From Gemmatimonadota bacterium (lineage in GTDB: Bacteria > Gemmatimonadota > Gemmatimonadetes > Gemmatimonadales > Gemmatimonadaceae), in NCBI GenBank assembly GCA_040389905.1, contig JAZJZK010000008.1:215122-279121 (forward strand): DNA of 64,000 nt, read 5' to 3'. Below, in pieces: positions 38,525 to 50,212 of this stretch (positions within the stretch are counted from its first letter, which is position 1; every line of letters begins with the position of its first letter). The notes beneath the pieces are model-generated. The model ran no database searches. It saw only the letters and a program-made list of their open reading frames with translations, and was not told the origin of the DNA. A program made the translations under genes and the position numbers.

Positions 38525-39433
38525 ATGGGACGATTCGATGTGCTGCACGAGATAGAACGCCTCGATCCCGAGCGTGATCACCAACGCATCGTTCACCTCT
38601 CCTTCGGTTTCGATTTTCCGTGGGATTCGATTCGCTCTCTCGAGATCGCGCTCTATCGCACGTATTGTGTACCCACGATCTCCGCACTCCTCGACCGCAC
38701 CGGCGAGTTCCACCAGAACACCCAGCGTCGCTACGACGACACGTCGATTCTCGTCGCCGAGATGTGCGAGTGGGGGTACGAGACGGGACGTGGGAAGGAG
38801 GCGCTCGACCGAATGAACTGGGCGCACGGCCACTACCGAATCGCCAACGACGACTTTCTGTACGTACTCTCGACGTTCATCTACGAGCCGATTCGCTGGA
38901 TCGATGCCGTCGGCTGGCGCCCGACGTGCCTCAACGAGCGACTCGGCTACTACTACTTCTGGCGTGAAATCGGACGGCGGATGGGGATCACGAACATTCC
39001 AGCCTCGTACGACGCCTTCGAGCAATGGGCGCGCCGGTACGAGCAGGAGATGTTCACGTATGCGCCGACCAATGCATGCATTGGCGCGGCGACCCGAGAT
39101 TTGTTCGCGTCGTGGTTCCCGCGCGTCGTGACGCCGATTGTGCGCTACAGCATCTACGCGATGCTCGATGACGTCATGATCAAGTCGTTCGGTTTTCCGC
39201 AGCCGCTACCGATGACGCGTCAGCTGTTGCGGGCCGGGCTCAAACTACGAGGGAAGGCCGTGCGATTCCTGCCTCCGAGGAAGACGGCGCACTTTTTCAC
39301 GGACAATCCGAATCGTACGCACCGAAGCGGATATGAGATTGGCCGGCTCGGCCCGCCGCGGTTAGTGGCGGCGGAGCAGCGGAACGCGGCTACGCGATCA
39401 GCATCGCGGCCGGATCTTCCATCAACTCCTTGA
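38525..39433 (+). CDS. Oxygenase MpaB/DUF2236 family protein
   Basis: [19 protein letters not shown]...[35 protein letters not shown]. Confidence 0.82.
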   Translation: MGRFDVLHEIERLDPERDHQRIVHLSFGFDFPWDSIRSLEIALYRTYCVPTISALLDRTGEFHQNTQRRYDDTSILVAEMCEWGYETGRGKEALDRMNWAHGHYRIANDDFLYVLSTFIYEPIRWIDAVGWRPTCLNERLGYYYFWREIGRRMGITNIPASYDAFEQWARRYEQEMFTYAPTNACIGAATRDLFASWFPRVVTPIVRYSIYAMLDDVMIKSFGFPQPLPMTRQLLRAGLKLRGKAVRFLPPRKTAHFFTDNPNRTHRSGYEIGRLGPPRLVAAEQRNAATRSASRPDLPSTP

Positions 39434-40628
39434 TCCGCACCAGGAACAACACCGCCTGCTGCCCATCGATCACGCGGTGATCGTACGAGAGCGCGACGTA
39501 CATCATCGGCCGAATCACAACCTGCCCATTGAGCGCGATCGGACGATCCTGCGTCTTGTGCAGGCCGAGGATTGCGACCTGCGGGAAGTTGATGATCGGC
39601 GTCGAGACCAACGATCCGAAGACACCGCCATTCGTGATCGTGAACGTGCCGCCCGTCAGATCCTCGAGCGCGAGCTTGCCATCGCGCGCCTTCTTTGCCA
39701 CGGCGGCGATGTCGCGCGAGATGTCGAGCATGCCCTTCTGATCCGCATCCTTCACATTCGGAACGACGAGCCCCGCGTCCGACGCGACCGCGATGCCCAT
39801 GTTGACGTAGTGCTTGTAAATGATCGCGTCGCCGTCGATCTGTGCGTTGACGATGGGATACGACTTGAGCGCCATGCACGCGGCCTTCACGAAGAAGGGC
39901 ATGAAGCTGAGCTTCACGCCGTGCTCCTTCTCGACCTTCTCCTTCATCCGCTCGCGCAACGCGCTCACGGCCGACATGTCGATCTCGTTGAAGGTCGTGA
40001 GATGCGCTGTCGAGTGGTGCGACAACAAGAGATTCTCGGCGATCCGCTTGCGCCGCGTGGTCATCTTTTCTCGCGTCTCGCGCGCACCGGATGCCACGGG
40101 CGGCTTCGGCGCAACCGGCGCAGGCGCTGCGGGCTTCGATTCCGCCGCAACCGGGGCAGGCCTCGCCGCAACCGCCGCGGCGTGCTCGATCACGTCGGGT
40201 TTGCTCACCACGCCGCCGCGGCCAGTCCCGCTCACAGCGGCGAGATCGACGCCTTTCTCGTCCGCGACGCGTTGCGCGGCCGGAGATGCTCGCACCGGAG
40301 ACGGAGGTACAGACTCCTCGACTCGCCCTGCGGGCTCGCTCGGAGTGACAACAGGGGCTTTCGCTTCCGCTGTCGGAGCTGCGGCTGCCACCGCGCCCTC
40401 GTCGAGCTCGCCGAGCAACTGATCGACCTTCACGACGTCGCCCTCGTTGACCGAGCGCTTGGTCAGAACACCCGCGCTCAGCGCCGGCACCTCGACGGTA
40501 ATCTTGTCGGTATCGAGCTCGACCAGCGTATCGCCGGCGGCGACCGCCTCACCCTCCTTCTTGAGCCAACGAGAAACCGTTGCCTCGACGATCGACTCGC
40601 CGAGCGGAGGAACCTTGATTGCAGTCAT
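39390..40628 (-). CDS. sucB: 2-oxoglutarate dehydrogenase E2 (dihydrolipoamide succinyltransferase)
   Basis: [23 protein letters not shown] lipoyl site; E3-binding [35 protein letters not shown]. Confidence 0.95.
   Translation of the reverse strand: MTAIKVPPLGESIVEATVSRWLKKEGEAVAAGDTLVELDTDKITVEVPALSAGVLTKRSVNEGDVVKVDQLLGELDEGAVAAAAPTAEAKAPVVTPSEPAGRVEESVPPSPVRASPAAQRVADEKGVDLAAVSGTGRGGVVSKPDVIEHAAAVAARPAPVAAESKPAAPAPVAPKPPVASGARETREKMTTRRKRIAENLLLSHHSTAHLTTFNEIDMSAVSALRERMKEKVEKEHGVKLSFMPFFVKAACMALKSYPIVNAQIDGDAIIYKHYVNMGIAVASDAGLVVPNVKDADQKGMLDISRDIAAVAKKARDGKLALEDLTGGTFTITNGGVFGSLVSTPIINFPQVAILGLHKTQDRPIALNGQVVIRPMMYVALSYDHRVIDGQQAVLFLVRIKELMEDPAAMLIA
40305..40350. repeat. Family A arm inside the sucB linker (in frame)
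   Basis: Coding strand TGTCACTCCGAGCGAGCCCGCAGGGCGAGTCGAGGAGTCTGTACCT vs consensus TGTCACCCCGAGCGAGCGAAGCGAGTCGAGGGGTCTGCACCT. Confidence 0.8.
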
Positions 40629-40731
40629 GAGTGCGCTGTTTCGGAGCAATTCGGCCGCGGCGAAAGCGAGCTTTCGCGCCCGCTCGCCGCCGCATAGCAT
40701 TCCGCGAGGAATATAACCCCAGTGCAGAGGC

Positions 40732-41769
40732 ATGCGAGGACTCACAATCTCCGCGCACGGCAGCGTCGAGCAGGTGCAATTTCGCGATGATCTCCGCGAG
40801 CCGGAGTTGCGCGCCGGCACCGATGTTCGGCTCCGCATGCGCGCCGCCGCGCTCAACCATCTCGATCTCTTCCTGATCGGCGGACTCCCCGGCGTCACCA
40901 TCACGCCGCCTTGGATTCTCGGCGCCGACGGCGTGGGCATCGTCGAGTCGATCGGCCAATCGGTCACCCGCGTGGCGGTCGGCGATCTCGTTCTCATCAA
41001 CCCTGGGTTGAGTGACCGCACGTGCGAATACTGCCGAGCAGGCGAGCAACCACTCTGCCCTCGCTTCGGAATACTCGGCGAGCATTTCCCGGGAACGATG
41101 GCCGAGCTCGTCGTCGTTCCGGAGACAAACGTCGCCGTTGTTCCGGCGACCTCCGACATCGCCGACGCTGCTGCATTTACGCTCGCCACGCTCACCGCGT
41201 ACCGAATGATGGTGACCCGCGCGCACGTGCAGGCCGGCGAGCGGGTGCTCATCTGGGGCATTGGTGGCGGCGTTGCGATTGCGTGTCTTCAGATTGCCAA
41301 GCTGCTGGGTGCGCACGTTACGGTGACGTCGGGAAGCGATGCGAAGCTGGAACGCGCACGCTCGCTCGGAGCCGACGATACGATCAACCACTCTGGCATC
41401 GACGTCGGACGAGAGGTCCGAGCGCGCACCGCAAAGAAGGGAGTGGATGTGGTCGTCGACTCCGTCGGCGAAGCGACGTGGGCACAGTCACTCGGCGCCC
41501 TCGGCCGGCAGGGACGTCTCGTGACGTGCGGAGGTACATCGGGGCCCATGGTCACCACCGACGTCCGCCGCCTGTTCTGGAATCAGTGGAGCATCCTTGG
41601 CTCCACGATGGGCAATGACGCCGAGTTTGCGGCGGTCGTCGAGCACTTTCGTGCGGGCCGGTTGTGTCCTCCAGTGGATGAAATCGTTCCGCTCACCGAG
41701 GGGCGCGAGGCATTCGCGCGCCTCCAGGCCGGTGATCAATTCGGAAAGATCGTGGTCACGATTGACTGA
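40732..41769 (+). CDS. Zinc-binding MDR dehydrogenase / quinone oxidoreductase
   Basis: AALNHLD; GADGVG; C.YC.......C; GIGGGVA; GRLVTCG; FGKIV. Confidence 0.9.
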   Translation: MRGLTISAHGSVEQVQFRDDLREPELRAGTDVRLRMRAAALNHLDLFLIGGLPGVTITPPWILGADGVGIVESIGQSVTRVAVGDLVLINPGLSDRTCEYCRAGEQPLCPRFGILGEHFPGTMAELVVVPETNVAVVPATSDIADAAAFTLATLTAYRMMVTRAHVQAGERVLIWGIGGGVAIACLQIAKLLGAHVTVTSGSDAKLERARSLGADDTINHSGIDVGREVRARTAKKGVDVVVDSVGEATWAQSLGALGRQGRLVTCGGTSGPMVTTDVRRLFWNQWSILGSTMGNDAEFAAVVEHFRAGRLCPPVDEIVPLTEGREAFARLQAGDQFGKIVVTID

Positions 41770-42733
41770 GCCCATCAGCGGTCCGAGCGACAAGGCCTCC
41801 GCCACGAGCGGAACCAAGCGGATCCTGCATGCCGTCGCGGTCGTTGTGAGCTTGGCCGTTGTCGTCGCGCTCGTGGGTGTGGTACGTCGCGATGCACCGG
41901 CCGCGAAGGCCGCCTGGGCGTCCGCGCACGTCCGGTGGGAATGGATCGCGCTGGCGTGCGCGAGCGCACTGGTCGGTCAGTGGGTGTACGTCCTCGGCTG
42001 GCAGCGCGTCGTGCGGGACTGTGGTGTGGACCTCCCGGCATGGCACGCCGCACGGATGTTTTTTGCGAGCAACCTCGGGCGCTATCTCCCCGGTGGAAAG
42101 GCGTGGCAAATGGGAATCGTCGGCATGATGGCGAGCGAACGTGGCCTGCCAGCCGCCGTCCTCGCGGCAACGTCACTGCTGCAGGGAATCGTCGGCGTCG
42201 TGGTGGGTGCGCTGTTGCTTGTCATTACCGGAGGCTCGGCGCTTGGCGTGTCGCGCGGTTGGTTGATCGTGCCGGTATTCGGTCTTGCATGCGTCATCGG
42301 CGCACCTGCTATTCTCCGGCAAGTCCCATCGCTGTTCACGTACGCAGAGCGCCGCTGGCCGCAGATCGTCCATGTTACGAGCTGGACGATGTGGTCGCTC
42401 GTGTGGACGTCGATCGTGAACTGGGTGTTCTGGGGGATCGGCCTCTATCTCCTTGCGCGCGGGCTCTTCCCGAATCCGGAGCCCAGGTTCGCGGCCTATA
42501 TCGCGGCGTGGAGCGGCCCATTTCTCGCCGGTCTCGTCGCGGTCGTCGCGCCCGCTGGTCTGGGCGTCCGCGATGCGGCGATGACGGTCATGCTCCGCGC
42601 GGCGGCACTCTCGCCGGGGGACGTCGTCGTGCTCGTGATCATCGCGCGCGTATGGGGCACTGTGCTCGAGGTCGTCCCGGCGGCCATCGTGCTCGCCATC
42701 CGAGGTCGTCGCGTCAGGCGGTTGCAGGAGTAG
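41762..42733 (+). CDS. Lysylphosphatidylglycerol-synthase-TM (UPF0104)-like membrane protein
   Basis: Multiple TMs; SNLGRYLPGG; APAGLGVRD; TTG start overlapping the upstream stop is inferred. Confidence 0.78.
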   Translation: MTEPISGPSDKASATSGTKRILHAVAVVVSLAVVVALVGVVRRDAPAAKAAWASAHVRWEWIALACASALVGQWVYVLGWQRVVRDCGVDLPAWHAARMFFASNLGRYLPGGKAWQMGIVGMMASERGLPAAVLAATSLLQGIVGVVVGALLLVITGGSALGVSRGWLIVPVFGLACVIGAPAILRQVPSLFTYAERRWPQIVHVTSWTMWSLVWTSIVNWVFWGIGLYLLARGLFPNPEPRFAAYIAAWSGPFLAGLVAVVAPAGLGVRDAAMTVMLRAAALSPGDVVVLVIIARVWGTVLEVVPAAIVLAIRGRRVRRLQE

Positions 42734-42745
42734 CCGTGGCCGCAT

Positions 42746-42763
42746 TGCTTTAGACATATAGTA
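42746..42763. promoter_or_regulatory. AT-rich imperfect palindrome; candidate promoter or MarR operator of the abm-like operon
   Basis: TGCTTTAGACATATAGTA in the short gap before the monooxygenase gene; contains TATAGT. Confidence 0.3.
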
Positions 42764-42791
42764 TCTGGCCAGAACATGGACGGAGCATGAC

Positions 42792-45083
42792 GTGCGTGTC
42801 GTTGTAGTCGGTGGAGGGCCGGCGGGACTCTACAGCGCACTGCTGCTCAAGCGTGCGCAGCCCGAGCACGAGGTCATTGTGCTCGAACGAAACGCCGCGG
42901 GGGACACGTTCGGTTGGGGGGTGGTGTTCTCCGATCAGACGCTCGAGAATTTTCGACTCGCCGACGAACCGACCTACAACGACATCACCGACAACTTCGC
43001 GCACTGGGACGACATCGACGTCGTCGTGCGAAATCACCGGATCACATCCGGCGGACATGGTTTCAGTGGCATCGCGCGGCGAAAGCTGCTGGAGATCCTC
43101 GGCGCCCGAGCGCGCGAGGTGGGTGTGGACGTCCGCAATTCGACCTCCGTAGGATGCTTGAGCGACCTCAATGCGATGGGCCTCGGTAGCGCCGATGTGA
43201 TCATCGCGGCGGACGGAGTGAACAGTGCCATCAGGGGCGAGCTTGCTCACGCTTTCCGCCCCGACCTCGACACCCGGACGGCGCGTTTCGTCTGGCTGGG
43301 GACGACACTGCCGCTCGATGCGTTCACCTTTTTCATCGTCGAGAACGAGTGCGGCGTGTTTCAGGCGCATTGTTACCGCTTTGACGCGAGCACCTCGACC
43401 TTCATCGTCGAGTGCGAAGAAGCGTCCTGGCGCGCAGCGGGCTTCGATCGCATGGACGCGGATGCGACCATCGCGGCGTGCGAAACACTCTTCGCCGAAT
43501 GGCTCGGACCACACCGGCTGCTGAGCAACGCGGCGCATCGCTCGGCGTCTCCCTGGACGAGCTTCGTGCGCGTGAAGAACGAGTGCTGGTTCCACGAGAA
43601 CGTCGTGCTCGTTGGCGACGCCGCACATACCGCGCATTTTTCCATCGGTTCCGGAACCAAGTTGGCGATGGAGGACGCCATCGCGCTGGCGCGCTCGCTC
43701 GCGGAGGCCCCCGACCGGCGAACGGCGTTCGAGCGCTATCAGGGCGAACGCCTGACGGAATCGCTTCGGCTGCAGAACGCCGCTCGTAACTCGATGGAGT
43801 GGTTCGAGCACGTCAAGCGCTACATCGGCCTGCCCCCTGAGCAGTTTGCATATAGTCTGCTGACGCGCAGCCAGCGCGTGAGCCACGAGAATCTTCGGCT
43901 GCGTGATGCGAGCTACGTCGCCGGGGTCGAGCGCTGGTTTGCGAGTCATGCATCGGTGGGTGATGATCTCAGTGAGCCCGCCCCGCCGATGTTTACGCCG
44001 CTGCACCTGCGCGAGATGACGCTCGTGAATCGTGTCGTGCTTGCGCCGATGGACATGTACAGCGCATCCGATGGTACGCCGAACGATTTCCACCTCGTGC
44101 ACCTTGGTGCACGGGCACTTGGCGGCGCGGCGCTGGTGATGACGGAGATGGTCTGCACGTCGCCCGATGCCCGCATCACCTTGGGCTGTACCGGCATGTA
44201 TACGCCGGAGCACGCCGATCGATGGGGGCGCGTCGTGGAATTCGTGCACGAGTGGAGCGACGCCAAGATCTGCCTGCAACTGGGTCACTCGGGACGAAAG
44301 GGCTCGACGCGTCTCCCGTGGGAAGGGCACGACGTCCCACTTGGTGACGAAGCGTGGCAGACAATTGGGCCATCGGCGATTGCCTATGCGCCGCAACTCG
44401 CTGCGCCGCGCGAGATGACACGGGTCGACATGGATCGCGTGCGTGCGGATTTCGTTCGCGCCGTCGCGTTCGCGGAAGCGGCAGGCTTCGACATGCTGGA
44501 GTTGCACGCGGCGCACGGCTATCTCGTCTCGAGCTTCCTGACACCGGTGAGCAACCAGCGCAGCGACGAGTACGGAGGGACGTTGGAGAATCGGCTTCGC
44601 TTTCCGCTCGAGTTGTTTGCCGCCATGCGTACGGCATGGCCGAGCGACCGGCCCATGTCCGTACGCGTCTCAGCCACCGATTGGGTGCCCGATGGTCTTA
44701 CCGAACGCGAGTCTGTCGAAGTGGGAGCGGCGTTCACGCGGGCGGGCGCTGATGTCATCCACGTCTCGACCGGCCAGACGACGACCGACGCGCAGCCGAT
44801 TTATGGACGACTGTATCAGACGCCATTCAGCGATCGCATTCGCAATGAAGCGCACGCGCGGACAATTGCCGTGGGCAACGTGACCGAGGCGGATCAGGTG
44901 AACAGCATCATTGCCGCCGGGCGGGCCGATCTCGTCGCGATCGGGCGTCCACATCTCAGCGATCCGCATTGGACGTTGCACGCGGCGGCGACGCTCGGTT
45001 ATCGCGGGATGAAGTGGCCGAGGCAGTATCATCTTGGCAGGCTTCAACTCGAGCGCGAAGTGGCGCGCGGGAGTCGTCTGTGA
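42792..45083 (+). CDS. abmA: Bifunctional 2-aminobenzoyl-CoA/salicylyl-CoA monooxygenase-reductase
   Basis: GGGPAGLY; DTFGWGVVFSDQT; GDAAHTAHFSIGSGTKLAMEDA; YSLLTRSQR; C-terminal Old Yellow Enzyme domain (ELHAAHGYL). Confidence 0.9.
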   Translation: MRVVVVGGGPAGLYSALLLKRAQPEHEVIVLERNAAGDTFGWGVVFSDQTLENFRLADEPTYNDITDNFAHWDDIDVVVRNHRITSGGHGFSGIARRKLLEILGARAREVGVDVRNSTSVGCLSDLNAMGLGSADVIIAADGVNSAIRGELAHAFRPDLDTRTARFVWLGTTLPLDAFTFFIVENECGVFQAHCYRFDASTSTFIVECEEASWRAAGFDRMDADATIAACETLFAEWLGPHRLLSNAAHRSASPWTSFVRVKNECWFHENVVLVGDAAHTAHFSIGSGTKLAMEDAIALARSLAEAPDRRTAFERYQGERLTESLRLQNAARNSMEWFEHVKRYIGLPPEQFAYSLLTRSQRVSHENLRLRDASYVAGVERWFASHASVGDDLSEPAPPMFTPLHLREMTLVNRVVLAPMDMYSASDGTPNDFHLVHLGARALGGAALVMTEMVCTSPDARITLGCTGMYTPEHADRWGRVVEFVHEWSDAKICLQLGHSGRKGSTRLPWEGHDVPLGDEAWQTIGPSAIAYAPQLAAPREMTRVDMDRVRADFVRAVAFAEAAGFDMLELHAAHGYLVSSFLTPVSNQRSDEYGGTLENRLRFPLELFAAMRTAWPSDRPMSVRVSATDWVPDGLTERESVEVGAAFTRAGADVIHVSTGQTTTDAQPIYGRLYQTPFSDRIRNEAHARTIAVGNVTEADQVNSIIAAGRADLVAIGRPHLSDPHWTLHAAATLGYRGMKWPRQYHLGRLQLEREVARGSRL

Positions 45084-45106
45084 TGGAGCAGTTGCGCCGG
45101 AACAGG

Positions 45107-45206
45107 GAACGCGGATTGAGCGGATCGAGCGGATAAGATCGGATTGAACAGTTCCGACTTGCGCTTTATCAGAATTGATCCGCTCCATCTGCTCAATCCG
45201 CGTTCA
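45107..45206. repeat. Family C inverted repeat inside the abm-like operon
   Basis: GAACGCGGATTGAGCGGATCGAGCGGAT...GATCCGCTCCATCTGCTCAATCCGCGTTCA. Confidence 0.85.
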
Positions 45207-45263
45207 ATCAGTTGCAGTTCCGCTGGTGCTCTGCGTGATGACACCTTTCAGTCAGTGACTTCC

Positions 45264-46031
45264 ATGGAACGAAACCTCGAAGGCCAGCACGCGATCGTCA
45301 CTGGCGGGAGCCGAGGCATCGGCGCCGCAGTCGCGGTGGCGTTGGCGCAACGTGGGGCGCGGATCACGCTCATGGCGCGCGCGCGCGAGGATCTCGAGGT
45401 TCACGTCGCCGCGCTGGAGCAACTGGGTGCTCGCGCAATCGCCCTCGAGTGCGACGTCGCAGACGACTCGAGCGTTGAGCGCGCCTTCGAGAAAGCCGGC
45501 CCCGCGCAGATCCTCGTCAACAACGCGGGCACCGCGAAGAGCGCGAAATTCACCGCCACCTCGCGCGCCATCTGGGACGAGATGATCGGCGTCAATCTCA
45601 CGGGCACGTATCTGTGCACGGCGGAGGCGCTACCCGCGATGCTCGCCGAGGGCACCGGACGCGTCATCAACATCGCGTCCACTGCCGGCCTGCGTGGATA
45701 CAAGACGATGACCGCGTACTGTGCCGCCAAGCACGGCGTCATCGGCTTTACCCGCGCACTCGCGCTCGAAACGGCGAAGCATGGCGTCACCGTCAATGCC
45801 GTGTGCCCTGGATACACGGACACCGATCTCACGGACCATGCCATCGAGAACATCGTCTCCGCGCTCGGCAAGACGCCCGAGCAGGCGCGCGCGATGCTTG
45901 TCGGCGTCAACCCGCGCGGCGTCATGACGACGCCTGACGAAGTGGCAGCAACCGTCGCGTGGCTCTGCGCGCCGGAGTCGCGCGCCATTACCGGAGTGGC
46001 CATACCAGTCGCGGGAGGCGAGGTCGGATGA
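45264..46031 (+). CDS. SDR-family oxidoreductase (3-hydroxyacyl-CoA dehydrogenase-like)
   Basis: [25 protein letters not shown]. Confidence 0.92.
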   Translation: MERNLEGQHAIVTGGSRGIGAAVAVALAQRGARITLMARAREDLEVHVAALEQLGARAIALECDVADDSSVERAFEKAGPAQILVNNAGTAKSAKFTATSRAIWDEMIGVNLTGTYLCTAEALPAMLAEGTGRVINIASTAGLRGYKTMTAYCAAKHGVIGFTRALALETAKHGVTVNAVCPGYTDTDLTDHAIENIVSALGKTPEQARAMLVGVNPRGVMTTPDEVAATVAWLCAPESRAITGVAIPVAGGEVG

Positions 46032-46534
46032 ACAGGTCACGCGCGACGGCGCCACCCACCAAGCTTGCGACGAGTCACGACTCGCTCCGCCTCTGGCTTC
46101 GCTTGTTCAATTGTTCGAGTCTCGTCGAGCGACAGGTCAGGTCGAAGCTGCGGGAGGAGTTCGGCATCACCCTGCCCCGATTCGATGTGCTCGCACAACT
46201 CGACTCGGCGGCGCGCGACGGCGTTCGTGGGCTCACCATGAGCGAATTATCGCGCCGCCTCATGGTCACCAACGGCAACCTGACCGGCCTCGTCGAGCGC
46301 CTCGCCCAGGAAGGGCTCGTCAGTCGAGCAGCATCGCCGACGGACAAGCGGACGCAGATCGTGCGGCTGACCGCTGCCGGCAAACGGGTGCTGCACTCGA
46401 TGACACCGTCGCACGAAGAGTGGATCGATTCCATGTTCGCCGCGATCAGCCGCAAGGAGCGGGAGCAACTATTCGCGCTCCTGGGAACGTTGCGCGACTC
46501 AGTTCGCGACGCGGTGCACGAGGACGCCAGATGA
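46028..46534 (+). CDS. MarR-family regulator
   Basis: [43 protein letters not shown]. Confidence 0.92.
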   Translation: MNRSRATAPPTKLATSHDSLRLWLRLFNCSSLVERQVRSKLREEFGITLPRFDVLAQLDSAARDGVRGLTMSELSRRLMVTNGNLTGLVERLAQEGLVSRAASPTDKRTQIVRLTAAGKRVLHSMTPSHEEWIDSMFAAISRKEREQLFALLGTLRDSVRDAVHEDAR

Positions 46535-47361
46535 TGGAGACGGGGGGAGCGGACTTCCGGCCGACGCATTTCGGATGGCACGTCGACGACCTTGTCGCGA
46601 CGATCACACTCGACCGGCCTGAGCGAAAAAACCCACTGACGCTCGAGTCGTACCGTGAACTGACCGATACGTTCGTCGCGCTACAGCGTGTGCGTGATGT
46701 CCGCGCCGTGATCATTACGGGTGCAGGTGGAGACTTCTGCAGTGGCGGTGATGTGCACGACATCATCGGGCCACTCATTGCGATGAAAAACGCCGGTGAT
46801 CATGCGGGTCTCCTCGCTTTCACGCAGATGACCGGTGATCTCGTAAAGGCGATGCGGGCCTCACCACAGCCGATCATCGCGGCCGTGGACGGAATCTGCA
46901 TGGGCGCCGGTGCGATCCTCGCGATGGCGAGTGACCTTCGGCTCGGTACCGCGCGAAGCAAGGTTGCGTTCTTGTTCGTTCGCGTAGGGTTGTCGGGCGC
47001 GGACATGGGGGCATGTGCGATCCTCCCCCGCATCATCGGTCATGGGCGCGCGAGTGAGTTGTTGTTTCTCGGGCGCACGATGGACGGCGCCGAGGCCGAG
47101 CGCTGGGGGTTCTATAACCGCGTCGTCGAGCCCGAGGCCCTCCGTGCTGAAGCGAAGGCGCTCGCCTCTACACTCGCGCATGGGCCGTCGGCGGCGCACG
47201 CGGTCACCAAGCGCTGCCTGCATGAGGAGTGGTCGATGGACGTCGATAGCGCGATCGACTTCGAAGCGGCACGTCAGGCCGAGTGCATGCAGGGCGAGGA
47301 CTTCGAACGTGCGTATCGTGCATTCGTCGAGAAACGCACGCCAGTGTTCGAGGGCAACTGA
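46531..47361 (+). CDS. Enoyl-CoA hydratase family protein
   Basis: [36 protein letters not shown]. Confidence 0.92.
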   Translation: MMETGGADFRPTHFGWHVDDLVATITLDRPERKNPLTLESYRELTDTFVALQRVRDVRAVIITGAGGDFCSGGDVHDIIGPLIAMKNAGDHAGLLAFTQMTGDLVKAMRASPQPIIAAVDGICMGAGAILAMASDLRLGTARSKVAFLFVRVGLSGADMGACAILPRIIGHGRASELLFLGRTMDGAEAERWGFYNRVVEPEALRAEAKALASTLAHGPSAAHAVTKRCLHEEWSMDVDSAIDFEAARQAECMQGEDFERAYRAFVEKRTPVFEGN

Positions 47362-48521
47362 TGCACGCGTCCACTTTCGACTGGCCGTTCTTCGACGAGG
47401 CGCATCGTGCTCTCGCGGTGACCATGCGCCAATGGACGCTTCGCGAGTTGGGGGACGACACACACGGCGCAAGTGTCGACGAGTACTGCCGCTCACTCGT
47501 GGCGAAGCTCGCCGCGGGCGGATGGCTGCGGTACACGGTGCCGGCGGCGTTCGGGGGACAGCACGATCGCCTCGACGTCAGGTCGCTGTGCATTGCACGC
47601 GAAACGCTCGCGCGCGTCTCGGCGCTGGCCGACTTCTCATTCGCGATGCAAGGGCTGGGAGTCGGGCCGATCACGATCTTCGGATCAGAGGAATTGAAGG
47701 CACGCTACCTGCCACCAATCGCATCTGGAGATGCGATTGCCGCGTTTGCGATCTCGGAACGTGGTGCCGGATCGGACGTCACGGCCATGCGCACGACCGC
47801 ACGTCCGGACGGCGATCACTTCGTGATCGACGGAGAAAAGACGTGGATCTCGAACGGTGGGATCGCCGATCAGTACGTGGTGTTCTGCCGACTAGGGGAC
47901 GCCGAACGCGAGTTCGTCGCGATCGTCGTTGAACGTGACGACGAGGGATTCTCGGTCGGGGAGCGAATCGCGATCATGGCGCCACACCCGTTGGCCTCGA
48001 TCCACTTTGACGCCTGCCGAGTGCCTGCGTCACGCGTCGTGGGGCCTGTGGGGAAGGGGCTTCGCGTCGCGCTCGGAACACTCGACGTCTTTCGTTCGAC
48101 GGTCGGTGCGGCCGCGCTGGGGATGGCGCGGCGCGCGTTGGACGAGGCGCTTGGCTTTGCGAGTACGCGCGAAATGTTCGGGCAGAAGCTTCAGGATTTC
48201 CAGATCACGCAGGCAAAGCTTGCCGACATGGCAACGCAGATCGATGCGAGTGCACTGCTGGTGTATCGCGCCGCGTGGACTCGCGATCACGGAGCCGAGC
48301 GCGTGACGCGCGAGGCAGCGATGGCGAAGATGTACGCGACCGAGGCGGCGCAACGCATCATCGACGACGCCGTGCAGATCGTCGGAGCGCGAGCGCTCGT
48401 TGTCGGTCATCCACTCGAACGATTGTATCGCGAGATCCGCGCGCTGCGGATCTACGAAGGCACGACCGAAGTGCAGCAACTCGTCATTGCGGGCCAGTTG
48501 CTGCGGGAGCATGGATCATGA
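47361..48521 (+). CDS. Acyl-CoA dehydrogenase
   Basis: [38 protein letters not shown]. Confidence 0.93.
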   Translation: MHASTFDWPFFDEAHRALAVTMRQWTLRELGDDTHGASVDEYCRSLVAKLAAGGWLRYTVPAAFGGQHDRLDVRSLCIARETLARVSALADFSFAMQGLGVGPITIFGSEELKARYLPPIASGDAIAAFAISERGAGSDVTAMRTTARPDGDHFVIDGEKTWISNGGIADQYVVFCRLGDAEREFVAIVVERDDEGFSVGERIAIMAPHPLASIHFDACRVPASRVVGPVGKGLRVALGTLDVFRSTVGAAALGMARRALDEALGFASTREMFGQKLQDFQITQAKLADMATQIDASALLVYRAAWTRDHGAERVTREAAMAKMYATEAAQRIIDDAVQIVGARALVVGHPLERLYREIRALRIYEGTTEVQQLVIAGQLLREHGS

Positions 48522-50212
48522 GCCAAGCGACACGAACAGGACACGTCGATACGTTCTGCGCCGATCATCTGCCGCCGCCGGAGTTGCAACCGGTGCGTGA
48601 CTGGACGGGGATTCCGGAGCTGGCGTATCCCGACCGGCTGAACTGCGCGGCTGAGCTGCTCGACACGTTGGTCGATGCAGGACACGGTGATCGGCCCGCC
48701 ATACGCTTTCCCGGTGGCGTCTGGAGCTTCGGCGAGCTGCGGGACCATGCGAATCGTATCGCGCACGTGCTGCGCGAGGATTTCAAGATCGTTCCGGGGA
48801 ACAGAGTACTCCTGCGCGGCGCAAACACGCCGATGCTCGCCGCGTGCTGGTTTGGCGTATTGAAAGCGGGTGGCGTAGTGGTGTGCACGATGGCGCTGCT
48901 CAGGGAGCGTGAGCTGCAATACATCGCGAACAAGGCGGCGATCTCGCTGGCGATTTCGGATGAGCGCGTGGCGGCGGATTGTGAGAAGGCAGTTGGGGTG
49001 CCGGTGCTGACGTACGTGGGGCCAACCGCGGGAGGTGCAGACCCCTCGACTTCGCTCGGGGTGACAAACCCCGGTGTCACCCCGAGCGAGCGAAGCGAGT
49101 CGAGGGGTCTGCACCTAAACGACCTCATGCAACACAAGCCGACCACCTTCGACGCATGCGATACGGCAGCGGAGGACATCGCCATCATCGCCTTTACCTC
49201 AGGTACGACGGGGCAAGGGAAGGGCACGATGCATTCGCACCGCGATATTCTCGCGATCACCGACTGCTTTCCGCGCTACGTGCTGAAACCGACTGCCGAC
49301 GACCTCTTCTGCGGGTCGCCTCCTCTGGCCTTCACGTATGCGCTCGGCGGCATCCTTCTCTTTCCGCTGCGTGTTGGCGCGTGCACGCTGCTGCTCGAGC
49401 AGGCCACGCCGCCGCACCTCCTCGATGCGATCGAGAAATATCGTCCGACGATCTGCTTCACGGCACCGACCGCGTATCGTGCGATGCGCGGTATGCTCGA
49501 AGGGCGCGATGTTTCGAGTCTGCGGCGGTGTGTGTCCGCAGGCGAAACGCTGCCACTGAGTGTGTTCACCGCGTGGCACGAAGCTACGGGCCTCAAGATC
49601 ATCGATGGTATCGGCGCGACGGAGATGCTGCACATCTTCATCAGCTCTGCTGACGACGACATCCGCCCGGGTGCGACCGGCCGCGTGGTTCCCGGGTACG
49701 CCGCCCGAATCGTCGACGAGCATGGTGTCGTCCTCGCGGATGGTGAGATTGGCCGTCTCGCAGTCCGCGGGCCCACGGGGTGCCGGTACCTCGACAACGT
49801 CGAACGGCAGCGCGAGTACGTGCAGCACGGATGGAACCTCACCGGCGATTCCTACAAGCGCGACGCGGACGGGTACTACTGGTATCAAGCCCGCACCGAC
49901 GACATCATCATTTCGTCCGGCTACAACATCGCCGGTCCCGAGGTCGAGAGCGTGCTCCTGGAGCACAACGCCGTACTCGAGTGCGCGGTCGTCGGCGTGC
50001 CGGACGACGAGCGCGGGCAGATCGTGAAAGCGTTCGTCGTCTTGCAGCCGGGGGTGCAAGAGGGGAACACACTTATCCGCGAGCTTCAGGACCATGTGAA
50101 AGCGCACATCGCGCCGTACAAGTATCCGCGAGCCGTGGAGATCGTGACTGAACTTCCGCGTACGAACACGGGCAAGCTCCAGCGCTTCCGACTTCGCGAG
50201 CGCGCGCCATGA
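48518..50212 (+). CDS. abmG: Aryl-CoA ligase (2-aminobenzoate-CoA ligase-like) carrying an in-frame repeat insertion
   Basis: HVDTF...[46 protein letters not shown]. Confidence 0.88.
   Translation: MSQATRTGHVDTFCADHLPPPELQPVRDWTGIPELAYPDRLNCAAELLDTLVDAGHGDRPAIRFPGGVWSFGELRDHANRIAHVLREDFKIVPGNRVLLRGANTPMLAACWFGVLKAGGVVVCTMALLRERELQYIANKAAISLAISDERVAADCEKAVGVPVLTYVGPTAGGADPSTSLGVTNPGVTPSERSESRGLHLNDLMQHKPTTFDACDTAAEDIAIIAFTSGTTGQGKGTMHSHRDILAITDCFPRYVLKPTADDLFCGSPPLAFTYALGGILLFPLRVGACTLLLEQATPPHLLDAIEKYRPTICFTAPTAYRAMRGMLEGRDVSSLRRCVSAGETLPLSVFTAWHEATGLKIIDGIGATEMLHIFISSADDDIRPGATGRVVPGYAARIVDEHGVVLADGEIGRLAVRGPTGCRYLDNVERQREYVQHGWNLTGDSYKRDADGYYWYQARTDDIIISSGYNIAGPEVESVLLEHNAVLECAVVGVPDDERGQIVKAFVVLQPGVQEGNTLIRELQDHVKAHIAPYKYPRAVEIVTELPRTNTGKLQRFRLRERAP
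49033..49116. repeat. Family A tail-to-tail doublet (84 bp) in frame within the CoA ligase
   Basis: AGGTGCAGACCCCTCGACTTCGCTCGGGGTGACA-AACCCCGG-TGTCACCCCGAGCGAGCGAAGCGAGTCGAGGGGTCTGCACCT, encoding [28 protein letters not shown]. Confidence 0.93.

Noticed and set aside
42750..44516. 588-aa minus-strand ORF, and similar long antisense ORFs such as 27136-29217
   Set aside because: Shadow frames of well-supported plus-strand genes in high-GC DNA
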